The translations under genes were made by a program, and so were the position numbers. A model generated the notes under the pieces. It saw only the letters and a list, made by a program, of their open reading frames with translations. It ran no database searches and had not been told where the DNA came from. A stretch of DNA of 63,840 nucleotides, counting the filler, from Octopus bimaculoides (lineage: Eukaryota), in the NCBI RefSeq assembly GCF_001194135.2. It is 4 parts of 4 records of this genome, joined end to end, with 100 filler letters (N's around TTAATTAATTAA, not from the genome) between each part and the next. Parts side by side here need not be neighbours in the genome. Positions count along the whole stretch, not along the records: positions 1 to 18,592 come from NC_068997.1; positions 18,693 to 41,888 come from NC_068989.1; 2 more parts are not named here. The stretch is one strand, 5' to 3'. Positions 12,451 through 24,579 of the stretch are shown here, piece by piece. Every line of letters begins with the position of its first letter. Position 1 is the first letter of the stretch.

Positions 12451-12674
12451 ATAATGTTGGCGTTTAGTGAATAGGAAGACAACTATGTCGAATTGAAGAC
12501 AAATATGCGATTACCGTATTCGAACTCTAGCTTTAGATTTCGACAAATTTACATCAATCCATAAATACGGACACAACTATTCTGCTGATGTTGTCCAGAT
12601 TCCAATGAAAGAGCCTTGTTTCTAGGCTAGGAACCAACTTTTCTCAGTTAGGAAGAAAATCGAAATATGAAACA

Positions 12675-12964
12675 CACAGACACAGACACACACACGCACG
12701 CACACACACACACACACACTCACTCACTCACACTCATGCGCGCACACACACATAAATACACACATGCACATACACAGATACACACACAGACATGCATGCA
12801 TACACACATACGCTGAGACACACACAGACACACATTCATACATACATAAATACATACTTAGAGATTCTCTATCGTAAGAAAATTTAAAAGTAAAAACGGG
12901 AGAACATTTACGCAAAGTTCAAATCGGCATTTATGTATGTACACACACACACGCACATACACAC

Positions 12965-13038
<74 letters not shown>
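12675..13038. repeat. CA-rich simple repeat ending in long (CA)n
   Basis: Direct reading. Confidence 0.9.
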
Positions 13039-13041
<3 letters not shown>

Positions 13042-13748
13042 GCATTTGTATATTAGCACGATGAGGAAAAATAGAACTTTAAAAGAAAGGAGAGTGTTTA
13101 TTTCTCGCCCAGTTGTTGGAGTTGTCGGCCAAGTGCCAAATCTACGAAGCACAGTTTATAGGGGTCAGTTGACCACTTCATATGGTGTTTTAACTCAGAC
13201 TGGCAATCCAATCAATCGCCAAACTGTCTCCTATTTACAACAACCCCATTTCATTTCACACTGCTTTCAATCCATTTTATATTCTCGCTTCTTTATTCGT
13301 TATATTCAAATAAAAACAAAACAAAAACAACAACTGGATGTAAAAATGTTGAAGAAAATATAATAAAATAATCACGTATACATTAATGCACACACAGTTG
13401 TATACACGCACTGTCGTATACAGACACACACAAACACTTACAACGACTTGCAGCTGAATGAAAAGCATAGATACTTATTTGCTTTCGTTTTTATTCGTTT
13501 TACTCTGAAACTGTGATTATATATATTTCAGATTAAATTTCATCGCAGCATCTACCCAAGATAAAATGTCATAGAAGAATAATTGTTTGAATAATTAAAA
13601 GACACTGTCCATCGTCTTTGTGGTTGCTCGTCTTGATTCAAGCAACGACCAAATCTTCCTCAGAGCATACTCGATCATTTTAAGGGCTAACCAATAATAA
13701 TGACCAATATTATTTGGAGTTAATACCTTAATATCTTTTCATCTTTTC

Positions 13749-13784
13749 CTTTCTGTCGAAGAACGTAGGCTCGAAACGTAAAAG
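13749..13784 (+). ncRNA. Degenerate minimal hammerhead-like motif in a dispersed repeat (about 13735-13870)
   Basis: CTTT-CTGTCGA-AGAACGTAGGCTC-GAAACGT-A-AAAG; core has substitutions relative to CTGATGA. Confidence 0.55.
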
Positions 13785-13865
13785 ACTTTCCCATTTCCCG
13801 AGCGTTAAAATGATACATCTGTTTGTTGTTTACACACCCGTCTTCGTCTTTTTTTTGGTGAATTC

Positions 13866-13907
<42 letters not shown>

Positions 13908-13925
13908 CATGCATGCATACATACA

Positions 13926-13959
<34 letters not shown>

Positions 13960-14352
13960 GGCACAGGAGTAACTGCGTGGTAGGTAGCTTGCTTACGAAG
14001 CACATGGTTTTGGGTTCAGTCCCACTGCGTGGTACCTTGGTCAAGTGTCTTCTACTACAGCCTCGGGCAGGCCAAAGCCTTGTGAGTGGATTTGGTAGAG
14101 GGAAACTGAAAAAGGCCCGTCTTGTATGTATGTGTATATGTATTTGTGTGTGTATATTTGGCCCCCGCCATCGCTTGACAACCGATACTTGTATGCTTAC
14201 GTCCCTCGTAACCAAGCGGTTCGGCATAAAGGACCCGATAGAATATGTACTAGGCTTACAAAGAATAAGTCCTGGGGTAGGTTTTTCGACTAAAGGCGGT
14301 GCTCTAGTATGACCGAGGTCGAATGACTGGAACAAATAAAAGAGTAAAGAGT
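13960..14352 (+). mobile_element. Full-length tRNA-derived CORE-like SINE, family B (OR1/OR2-like)
   Basis: tRNA-like head with A/B boxes (GGTTCAGTCC), ACCTTGGTCAAGTG core-like motif, internal GT-rich tract, tail TAAAGGCGGTGCTCTAGTATG...AAAGAGTAAAGAG. Confidence 0.85.
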
Positions 14353-14353
14353 A

Positions 14354-14423
<70 letters not shown>

Positions 14424-14426
14424 ATA

Positions 14427-14592
14427 CGACGGGCTTTTTTTCAGTTTCCGTCTACCAAATGCACTCACATGGCTTTCGTCGGCCCGAGACTATAGTAGAA
14501 GACACTTGTCCAAGGTGCCACGCTAGGCGGGACTGAATCCGGAACCATGTAGTTGGGAGGCAAGCCTCTTACCACACAGCCTCGCCTGCGCC
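14427..14592 (-). mobile_element. SINE family B 5' half, inverted relative to the 13960 copy
   Basis: Reverse complement of head and core up to AAAGCCCGTC. Confidence 0.85.
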
Positions 14593-14769
14593 TATATAAT
14601 ATATATATATATATAGATGTGTGTATTTTTCCTTGTTTGCAATTCACACGGAAAAATAGATAGATAGTTACCAGGGTAGCAAAAAAATCACACAAGTAAA
14701 AAGGGCGTAACTCCATGTTCTTAAAGGTAGGAACTCCCGGTTTACGTGAAGTATTTTGTATAATATATA

Positions 14770-15480
14770 TAAATAAATAAATGGAGTTAAACGCAGGTGT
14801 TATTCAAATTCTTTTACTTCCGACACGTGTTTCGAAGATATCATTGGTATTATTCCAAAGGAATAACATGGTGTAAAACAACGTAATCTTCTCTTCAGGG
14901 AAATGAAGAAATGAAACTCGTCAATAAGACATTTTAACAGAATATGATGGATATGTATAGTGATTAACTGAACACTACTAAGTTTTAAAAAAATGTTAGC
15001 GTATATAGCGTCAAAGGTAGCCTAGAGAAAGAGGAGGGATAAAGGAAAGAAAAAAACCCAAATAAATGAGAAGTAAATAACGATATGTAAATTAAATAAA
15101 ACCCTAAAGTCTTAGAAAAAGTTATATCTAGTGAATGTGAAATGTAAGGAGAAAATTAATGTTTAAATTATATATAATGATAGATATCACTTATATGAAC
15201 TAAAGGTGTGTTTCTGCCAATGTTTACATCGGTATGCACGCTCTATAACCGTGTTTACAAGGGAATTACAGAGAAGACAGAATTTCTTCCCTTTACCATA
15301 AGAGATCGAAATTGAGAGAATCGACCAATCTAAATTAAATTGTTTATTATGTCTTTTAGATACCAAATTAATTTACTAAGCCCTGTACTGTTACGTTTAT
15401 TCTATCCCTAAATGTAGAATAATTATTAAAAATTCTTTTATTTCTTCATTTCCCTGAAGAGAAGATTACATTCCAACTCT
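14770..15480 (-). mobile_element. Penelope-like element 3' remnant with inverted partial terminal repeat
   Basis: Minus strand 15200-15350 gives DWSILSISISYGKGKKFCLLCNS...YRCKHW (PLE GIY-YIG C-terminus); downstream hammerhead; 15441-15469 is an inverted copy of 14884-14912. Confidence 0.75.
14816..14904 (-). ncRNA. Type I hammerhead ribozyme, apparently intact
   Basis: Minus strand: ATTTCC-CTGAAGA-GAAGAT-(46 nt)-ATCTTC-GAAA-CACGTG-TC-GGAAGT; all core nucleotides present; GUC site, cut after 14822. Confidence 0.85.
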
Positions 15481-15673
15481 GTTTTTAATGTTTTATTTAT
15501 ATTCTTATAAAATTAATGTGGGATATAGAACATAGAATATATAATATAAATAGTAAAATGAAATTAAGTATTGAATGCCTTATTGGATATATGAAATATT
15601 AAGTATTAAATATATATAGGGGCTAGTATACTTTCCTGCTTTATAGCAATCATCAAGGTCTGACAGATGTACT

Positions 15674-15721
<48 letters not shown>

Positions 15722-15852
15722 GAAATATATATATATACACACACATATATATACATATATATTTATATACATATATACATGTATATATACATATATATAT
15801 ACATATATATATATACACACATATATATATATACATATACATACATACATAC

Positions 15853-15884
<32 letters not shown>

Positions 15885-17001
15885 CTATGTNNNNNNNNNN
15901 TTCTGCAACAAGCAGCAGAACGGAAAAATTCCGAATTCTGGAGTGAAGCTGCTGAGAAAGGATACAAACAAGGGGCATCACATTAATAAGTTTGGGTTCA
16001 TAATTCAAAAAACATTCGCACTAGGGTGCCTTGAATGGCTTTCGCCCCTTTGCGATTCAGCTTGGGTGTTGACAGCTGGTGAACTTGATAGCTGGTGAAC
16101 TGTTTGACCGGCTGTAAGCGTTACTTTCAGGAAGTCAAAAGAGCAGACACTCCAGTCTGGTCAGATGTAAGCAATGCACAGGGATCAGGTGGTAGCATGA
16201 AGGAAGCAATGTAAGCATTCGCCACCTCTGCTTGACCCTTCAGGAATAGCTCATTTCTCAATGGAATAGGCCGTCCTTTACGCCGTGTATAAATCTCACC
16301 AAAATCAACTTTACTTTAAATCCTTCTAGATGGATAACCTAATATTCAAGAGCTGGAGTCGATATAACCGACTGCATCTCTCCCATGTTTGAGGTTTTCT
16401 GCCTATATAAGAAAGTATTTAGGCTCATTGATATTTTGCCTATACTAGAAAACAGTATTTACGCTTGGTAAAATTTGTGCATGTGTGTGTTTTGTGGTTG
16501 TTTGTCTTTTCATTGCTAATGGTTAAGTCAATATTGTCATCCTTATCTGTTACAAGCATTATTTTTCTTTGTGTGTTTGTTCGGTGATGTTAGCTTTCTT
16601 TTATTTTTCTTTCTATTTCAAATCTATGCTAATACTTTATTCACAAATATGTCTTAGCTGGGAGCTTATTTGTTTATATTGGTGCTATCATCACTGCGAC
16701 AAGTACATCTTTCTGCAAACCACCGTATAAAGCGCCTTGTTGAAATAGAATAAAAAAAAAAAAATTCAACAAAACTTCAAAAACCTCTTTCTCGCCCAAA
16801 CAGAGCAAAAGATAATGAAAGCAAACTTCTCGTCTCTGCTTGATAGGACAAAATGAAATAGCTAAAATCGCCAAATTCGTCAAAGCAGGAGTAGATGTAA
16901 ACAAACACATCTTGGCAGGACAATGGCAACTAGAACAGCAACAGAAGTCGCAGCAGTAACAACAACAACAACAATAAGTTAGTCGATTAAATCTACCCAA
17001 G

Positions 17002-17040
<39 letters not shown>

Positions 17041-17042
<2 letters not shown>

Positions 17043-17520
17043 GTATTCAAGATGTGGGGCATGAAGCTAAAAACAATACCAATAACAACTGGAGCATTGG
17101 GTGTGATAAAAATCATATGAACAGAAACGTAGAAACTATATCTGGATCCTTAACACTACACACTATCCAAAACATAGTCCTGCTAGGAACAGTCCACATC
17201 CTACGCAAGACACTATTAATTCAATAATACAACCTAAACAAAACAATCCACAAGAACAAGACACACTCTATACACAAATTACCCAGTGAAATAAACTTCC
17301 ACTAGTAACCAGGTAACCATCGCATTACACACTCAACACACAATACAAGCAGTAACACAACAAAAGACTGCACCACACCTCAAGAGAAAAAAACAAACAA
17401 ACTAACACAATACAATACCGGGGAGAATATGTGCACTACCAACAACAGAAAGAACACACAAAGTTGCATATACCCCAGCAACACGGAGGTGTAGCTGGTG
17501 ATGCAGTAGAAATTTGCCTC
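17041..17520 (+). mobile_element. R4/Dong-like RLE LINE, 3' end and UTR, 5'-truncated at (TAA)n
   Basis: WGMKLKTIPITTGALGVIK and IQNIVLLGTVHILRKTL; begins immediately after (TAA)n 17002-17040. Confidence 0.75.
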
Positions 17521-17545
17521 AAACTACCAAATTGTGAACACTTAT

Positions 17546-17798
<253 letters not shown>

Positions 17799-18264
17799 CC
17801 TTTTTTTCTATAGGCACAAAGCCTGAAATTTTGGAGGAGAGGGCAGTCGATTCGACTGGTATTTATTTGATCGATCTCGAAAGGCTTTTAAGACGTAAAC
17901 AGTTTTGAAAACACCAGAAGAGCAATTTGAAGCTATTTAAACTATATTTCTATGGCTGCTTCATCTCTCGTTTTCTTCATTTTACCAGTCGTTCCTGGTT
18001 AATTTACATACGAGGCAGTGGTTGAATTTACTAATAATATATATTTGGTAGTCACAACAATGGCGAAACATCGTTATCTGTCACTCCGAGAAAGAGACCT
18101 GACTTGAGTTGTCTGGTTCGACTATGACCGACTCTCAGGTGTTTTTAACACCAGGCACATTGAGAATATATATTCTCTTACGCCTATAATGCAGCCGAAC
18201 CACGAACTAACAACACACACACACACACCTTGTGTATGTGTGTTCGACTCTATATTATATACAC

Positions 18265-18460
18265 TTTTATTCTTTTACTTATTTCAGTCATTAGACTGCA
18301 GCCATGCTGCAGCACCATCTTGAAAAGTTTTAGTTGAATGAATCGATCCAACTACTTTTTTTAAAGTCCGGTACTAATTCTATCGGTCTCTTTTTTGCCG
18401 AAGCGCTATTTGATGGGGATGTAAACACATCAACACTGGTTGTCAAGCAGTTGTCCCCCA
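18265..18460 (-). mobile_element. SINE family B 3' half
   Basis: Reverse complement of CTTGACAACC...ACCGATAGAATTAGTACC...GCATGGCTGCAGTC...AAGTAAAAG. Confidence 0.8.
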
Positions 18461-18592
18461 CCAAACGCACGTACACACACACGCACGCACGTACACACAC
18501 ACACATGCAGTACACACATACACACGCACGTACACACACACACACACGCACGTACACACACACACCACATACACACATACACATATATATAT

Positions 18593-18692
18593 NNNNNNNN
18601 NNNNNNNNNNNNNNNNNNNNNNNNNNNNNNNNNNNNTTAATTAATTAANNNNNNNNNNNNNNNNNNNNNNNNNNNNNNNNNNNNNNNNNNNN
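18593..18692. other. Artificial contig-joining spacer
   Basis: 44 N + TTAATTAATTAA + 44 N; identical at 41889 and 61214. Confidence 0.95.
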
Positions 18693-19077
18693 CCTTTACT
18701 GCTTGCTTAATTTGGTCAATCTCTACTTCAGTTAGTAATTTTTTTTTCATAATGTTTCTTCTGACGTTGGCAAGTTTGTTACTGTCTATGTAGGGTCTTA
18801 CTTCAAGGTGTTTCTGTCTCCAGTTTAAGTAGGTTTGTACAGTATTAGATTTATCTGTAGGGAAATATATGGCATGGTAGAAGGCTGTAAGAACTTCTTT
18901 ATTGTCTTCCCTAGACCATTTTTCATTCTTTTTCTTTTGGTTATTTGATGACGAGCATGGATGGCCATCTGTTGGAATATTCCGGTTGTGGGGTATTTCC
19001 AGCTTCTGTGTGTTGGGAAGATTTGAACCAGTAGTAGATTTCTCGTCTCGGATTTGGTTCATTATCCGAGTAAGTGG
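18693..19077 (-). mobile_element. R4/Dong-like LINE N-terminal ORF segment
   Basis: EKWSREDNKEVLTAFY...NKLANVRRNIMKKKLLTEVEIDQIK matches the N-terminal domain seen at 55612 (WLTDVEIEEIK); starts right at the (AAT)n array. Confidence 0.75.
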
Positions 19078-19149
<72 letters not shown>

Positions 19150-19190
19150 GTTATTATTATTATTATTATCATTATTATTATTATTATCAT
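19078..19190. repeat. (ATT)n array between two R4/Dong pieces
   Basis: Direct reading. Confidence 0.95.
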
Positions 19191-19539
19191 TGCCTTTGCA
19201 CAGCTTTTAACGCTGGAGATGTACTGCCGTGTCAGCTTTTCCCTATCAGTGAACTAAGGTAACACCTACTATTTTTCGAGCACCTTTCGGAGCATTCGAG
19301 CGGGTCCAAGCAGTGCTGTTTTCTGCAAGTGTTCCACCCTTATTGCAGGCCCTAGCTGTCCCATGTACTTCTCGAGATTTTTACTCACTGTTCCCAGGGC
19401 TCCGACAATTATTGGCACCACTACCACCTTTTTCATCGACCACAATTGCATTACCTACCAAGCTAACCTTTCATACCTATCGACTTTTCTTTCTTCCTTA
19501 TCACATACCTTGTTGTCAGTTGGGTATGTTATATCTATT
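19191..19539 (-). mobile_element. R4/Dong-like LINE 3' end (RLE domain and UTR)
   Basis: IDITYPTDNKVCDKEERKVDRYERL, VVPIIVGALGTV, LQKTALLGPARMLRKVLEK; same 3' terminus as the copy at 49678. Confidence 0.88.
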
Positions 19540-22500
19540 ATTATCATCACGTGGCTACGGCCACGTCGGTGTGAGTCGCGGGGAAAAAGAGGCTCCCCAA
19601 CACGCCGCTTGCGATCCGCGCCGAAGGCGGCGGCGTTCCCGTTCACTACTTTGTTGTCAGCTGGGCATGCTATATCTATTTTTTTCTTTTAGTTTCAGCT
19701 GAGAGCTGCAGCCATGCTGATGCACCGTCGTTAAAATTATTATTATTGTTGTTGTTGTTGTTTGATACTGTGCTTCGATCATTACTATTCTCTGTTTCAC
19801 AAGGCTCACTGGTCTGACAGCCGCTTTGTTTTGCCTTCATTTGTATTTAGTACACCAAACTGAATGATTCTTGAGAGAAGAACTTAAGGCAAAACTTGCA
19901 TCGCGAAGGAATATACAAGGACTATATATCTAGTCCCAGTACATTTCTTTCTTTTCTAAATATAAGACCTTTATATATTTAGTCAATGTATATTCCTTTA
20001 TTTTCTGTGCACAACAGCTGACCTATCACCTCTTACGATTTCCCACTATTTCGATGCCTCTCTGCTCATGTTCTGTTAATTCTGATTTTAATTATTCGTC
20101 TAAGAAAAAATAACGATTAAGCGCCAGGGAAGTGTACTTTAAATGCGCATGTAGATTATCCGTTCATATTTTTCGACAGATCCATCAGTGATTTAATGTA
20201 GACACACCAAAATGCTTTAAAATATAAAGCCGTGATTCGTCTTAATGTTAAATCTAATCCCAAAGTACAAAAAATATTTTTCCGCATATGAACCATTTAC
20301 GCAGAAATATTTAAATTTAGAAAATGCATCAAAGCATCCTTTTCAAATAACAATTGAAATTGGAAGTTAAAAGGCTAATGATAGTTACAAAATTTGCATA
20401 ATTTTTTAGACTGGTTATTAATATTCATAAATTCGGAACAGACATTGTATAACTTCTAACATAAAAACACGCCTTGATTGGGAAGCAGGTAATTAATCAG
20501 TCAAATATCGATTAGCTTATTAATCAGCGGAATGCAATAAATAATTTCATGTTATTTGAATATTCATATATAGTATCCAGGGAATTAATACGGACTGGAG
20601 AATAAAAAGGTGAAAATAATTATGCAACTTGTATCATCCTGAGAATATTTAATAAAAAATGTAATCAGCTATTCAAATATTGATCTTGGAAGACTGATCG
20701 CTATTTATATGATCAATTATAATTATATTAGGGAGAGATAAAGCACTATACATAACGGATAAATAAAAGTATTTATAACATTGTTCTTATTCATGTTAAA
20801 CATGTTAACTAGCAGCTTACAATTTTTCTACTATTGATCTCATTTTCATCAACGAAAATTAACATATATTAGTGAATTAATATCCTCGCCTACATCTTGC
20901 CATAAATTGTAACGATTTCATCTCTAATCTTGAATAGGTTCATAAATTAGAATCTGATCAAGTATTCACCTCAGTCATTTAGACATGTGTATATATGTAT
21001 ATATGCATATATATATATATATATATATATATANNNNNNNNNNNNNNNNNNNNNNNNNNNNNNNNNNNNNNNNNNNNNNNNNNNNNNNNNNNNNNNNNNN
21101 NNNNNNNNNNNNNNNNNNNNNNNNNNNNNNNNNNNNNNNNNNNNNNNNNNNNNNNNNNNNNNNNNNNNNNNNNNNNNNNNNNNNNNNNNNNNNNNNNNNN
21201 NNNNNNNNNNNNNNNNNNNNNNNNNNNNNNNNNNNNNNNNNNNNNNNNNNNNNNNNNNNNNNNNNNNNNNNNNNNNNNNNNNNNNNNNNNNNNNNNNNNN
21301 NNNNNNNNNNNNNNNNNNNNNNNNNNNNNNNNNNNNNNNNNNNNNNNNNNNNNNNNNNNNNNNNNNNNNNNNNNNNNNNNGGAGGGCGGGTGAGGGAGAG
21401 AGGACGAAGAGAACACTGGATGCTGATAATTAGAATAACCAGTAGCAGTCTCATGTTGGATGTAGAGAGACTTTACCTGAAGTAATATGCAAATATGTTC
21501 AGAAAAATGGTGCAAATACAAAATAAAAAACCAAACAAAAACAAACAGAAAAAATCGGTGTGATGCAACACTTTCAGTTTTATTTGATAAGTAACTTCGT
21601 ACTATGTGTTTAACAATTAATAACACAGGTAAATTGGCAATGTTATTAATATTCCAACTAAAATAGTTTGATAACATAGGTAAAATGCAGTAATATAAAG
21701 TTTTCAATATAAGAAGAACATGGTATTAGCGTTAAGTTAAATTTCTTGTGCACGAAGTTGAATATACATACATGTTCTGTAACAAATGATACCATTCTAC
21801 GTCAGTTTACATTCCAAACTAATTTCGTACCTATTCACGCTGAAGTGTGGAAAGACTGCTCGGCCCCAGAACAACAGAAAAGTATTGACATTCATAACAA
21901 ATTAGTAATCGTCTCCTCTGTGATGGTAGATGAATATCTTATTCAGCTTTTCATGTCATTTGTTTTTATATTGAGGAGTTCATCGTTAAATAATTGAAGC
22001 TCTTATCATATACTTCGCATTTTCAAAATCTTAATTAGAGGTTGGAGAATGTCTGTCTTAAAGCCAGAAGATAAAACAAGCCCTATTGACTTCTTGAATG
22101 TTGTCACTAGTCTTGCAGTATTGTAACGTAAGTGGCAGTGATTCATAATCAACAATCGATTTGCAAACATAGAATTCATATAGATTATATTTGGGTCAGT
22201 GACGTATCTGGAACAATGATGAACACTGCTAGCTAAAGAGATTCTCGTAAATTTCCAAGTACTATGATGCTCATTCGCAAATTATTGCGTCAGTGTGATT
22301 CCTGCATAGAGCAAATATTTAGCGCTGATATTTTCCCGTTGTCATCCTTTTCCTGACATAGGCATAGGAAAGCACAATGTAAAAGTCGCATTTTTCCTTG
22401 AAATAGTCAATATTAATTTTTTTGAGTGCGTTTATATATTCAGAAAAAAATATAAACAGGAACCAATGAAAATACACTATTAGTTGTTTAAAATATTTAT

Positions 22501-23688
22501 GTTTCTACTTAATTATGAGCTAAAGTAACGACAAATCTAGATTTCTACTCCTATTCTGCTACCATCGTTCACAATTATAATGGCTTCATTAAGATATGGT
22601 CAGAATTGATAAAAGACTATGAGATTAAATATTTATGGAATATATTGGCATGCAAGGAAATAACAGTGTGTGATGAAAATTTTGCAATAATTTTCACATG
22701 AATGATTATATTAAATTATTACTAGTTCTTGCAAGATATCGCTATAATATTAAACAAAACTGTTTGCTCTTCGCTAATGAAATCTCTATAGGGTGGATTT
22801 AATTTGAATCCAAGTCTCCACCAAAATATATACACGCCAATGATGCAGTGATGTATATTCAGCTGACGATATACTTTCACTATGATATTGATTTTCTACG
22901 TTAATAAAATATAACGCAAATTTTTATATGTAGATTGCAGATTGAAACGTGTCCAGTAATCACTTTCAAATTCTGTTAGCAATCATTTTATGAAAGTTAT
23001 GTATAAGCCTCACTGGATAACATCTAGACCTGCTTATTTCCCATTTACTGTAGTTCTATAAATTTCCTGTAAATATATATCTAGCAATGAACTGAATGTT
23101 GAGCTAGTTTTACGAATGTTTCAATGGTGACGTTATCAAAAATGTAAATAGCGAACATACAAAGGAATTGAACTCACAATAGTTATAGTGGAGTTTATGT
23201 ATTCAAGTTATTGATTTCACACACACGAGAAACACACCCCATCATTAGGATCATTAGGATAATTTTGTAGATAATGCACACACACACACGCACACACGCA
23301 CACATACACATACACACAAATTTTATTTTTGCTTGGGTGGTTTTATTCAACTCGAAAGCTGACGATTCTAATATTTGAGCAGAGTATTCTTTGATTTTGT
23401 TGAATTTCAGATCATTTCATGGAATAATATTCACAACTATCATTTTAACGATGCAAATTAATTAGAGATATAAAACTCGTCTTCCCTCATTCATTTCTCT
23501 CCTTTCAAATGTTCTTCTAACGTAAGACTGTCACTGAAATATTCTAATCTTCTAGGCAAGTGCACTCCACACATTTTATCGATTTTACTACATAATATAC
23601 ATCTTGCCGACAAAGAACAACAAAATCCCTCATTGGAGTCTGATCATACCTTTATATATATACGCTTGTGTGTGTGTGAGAGAGAGAA

Positions 23689-23727
<39 letters not shown>

Positions 23728-24169
23728 GTGTGTGAGTGTATGTTTGTGCGCGTGTGTGGTTGTGTACAAAAGTATACGCGTGTGTATATATTTGTGTGTG
23801 TGTGTTTTCAAATTAATATTATTAAATAAAATCACTTACAAGTAATATTGGCTTCTCTTTAAACATAATATAATGTATTCCTCTCAAAAGCAGTTGTGGG
23901 TTTGCATTCAAATGAGCACGCACTGCAAAGGGTGCTAATATCCACGATGTTGAAATGTACGTAGGAAACTCTTGGTATAAACTACATCTTGTGGTTCTCT
24001 TGGTCTGGAAATACAGCAGTATGAACGGGAAGGTAATAGATCAGGTATTCTAAAGTCCCTTATCTGTGAAATCCATATTTTCCCCGTAGACTTTACAGCA
24101 GTGGGGAAATGTAGGCTCTAGTGAAAGTTTCGGAAATGTATCGAAGTAATGAAAACAAAGATAAAAGAG

Positions 24170-24540
24170 TGGTACTTTGAGAATACCCTATGCACCAATG
24201 ATAACTGCACGGTATGTAGGATTAACTCTGGCATTAACTGTTGGACTAGAAATGTAGTTTAGAGCATAAGATGCATAAAAGGTGCTTGTAGAGACATGAA
24301 CATGGCATACTAGGGGAGACATCTAGGAGCATTGCGGTAAGACTAAATGAACATTTGAGACAAAATGACGACAAAATCAGTTCTCAATACTTTACCAACA
24401 TGCCAAGGAACAACATGGAAGCAACCTAGGTCAACTTCACATATGCATTTTATTCAAGCACCCAAAGGACCAAATCCTCAAAAAAATACAAGAGTACGTC
24501 GTCATAAATGAAACATCCCCGAGACTAAATAGCAAAATAT
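24170..24540 (+). mobile_element. Penelope-like GIY-YIG endonuclease remnant
   Basis: CTVCR...NCWTRNVV*SIRC...AY*GETSRSIAVRLNEHL...QHAKEQH...INETSPRLNSK across frameshifts. Confidence 0.75.
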
Positions 24541-24579
24541 ATGTAGTAAGTAATCATACAACCTTACCTACAGTTTATA

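Noticed and set aside
18265-19077. Linkage of SINE and R4 pieces across the spacer
   Set aside because: Separated by an artificial contig linker.
21746-22360. Protein-coding exon(s)
   Set aside because: Open stretches of 80-90 codons on both strands but no recognisable domain or clear splice pair.
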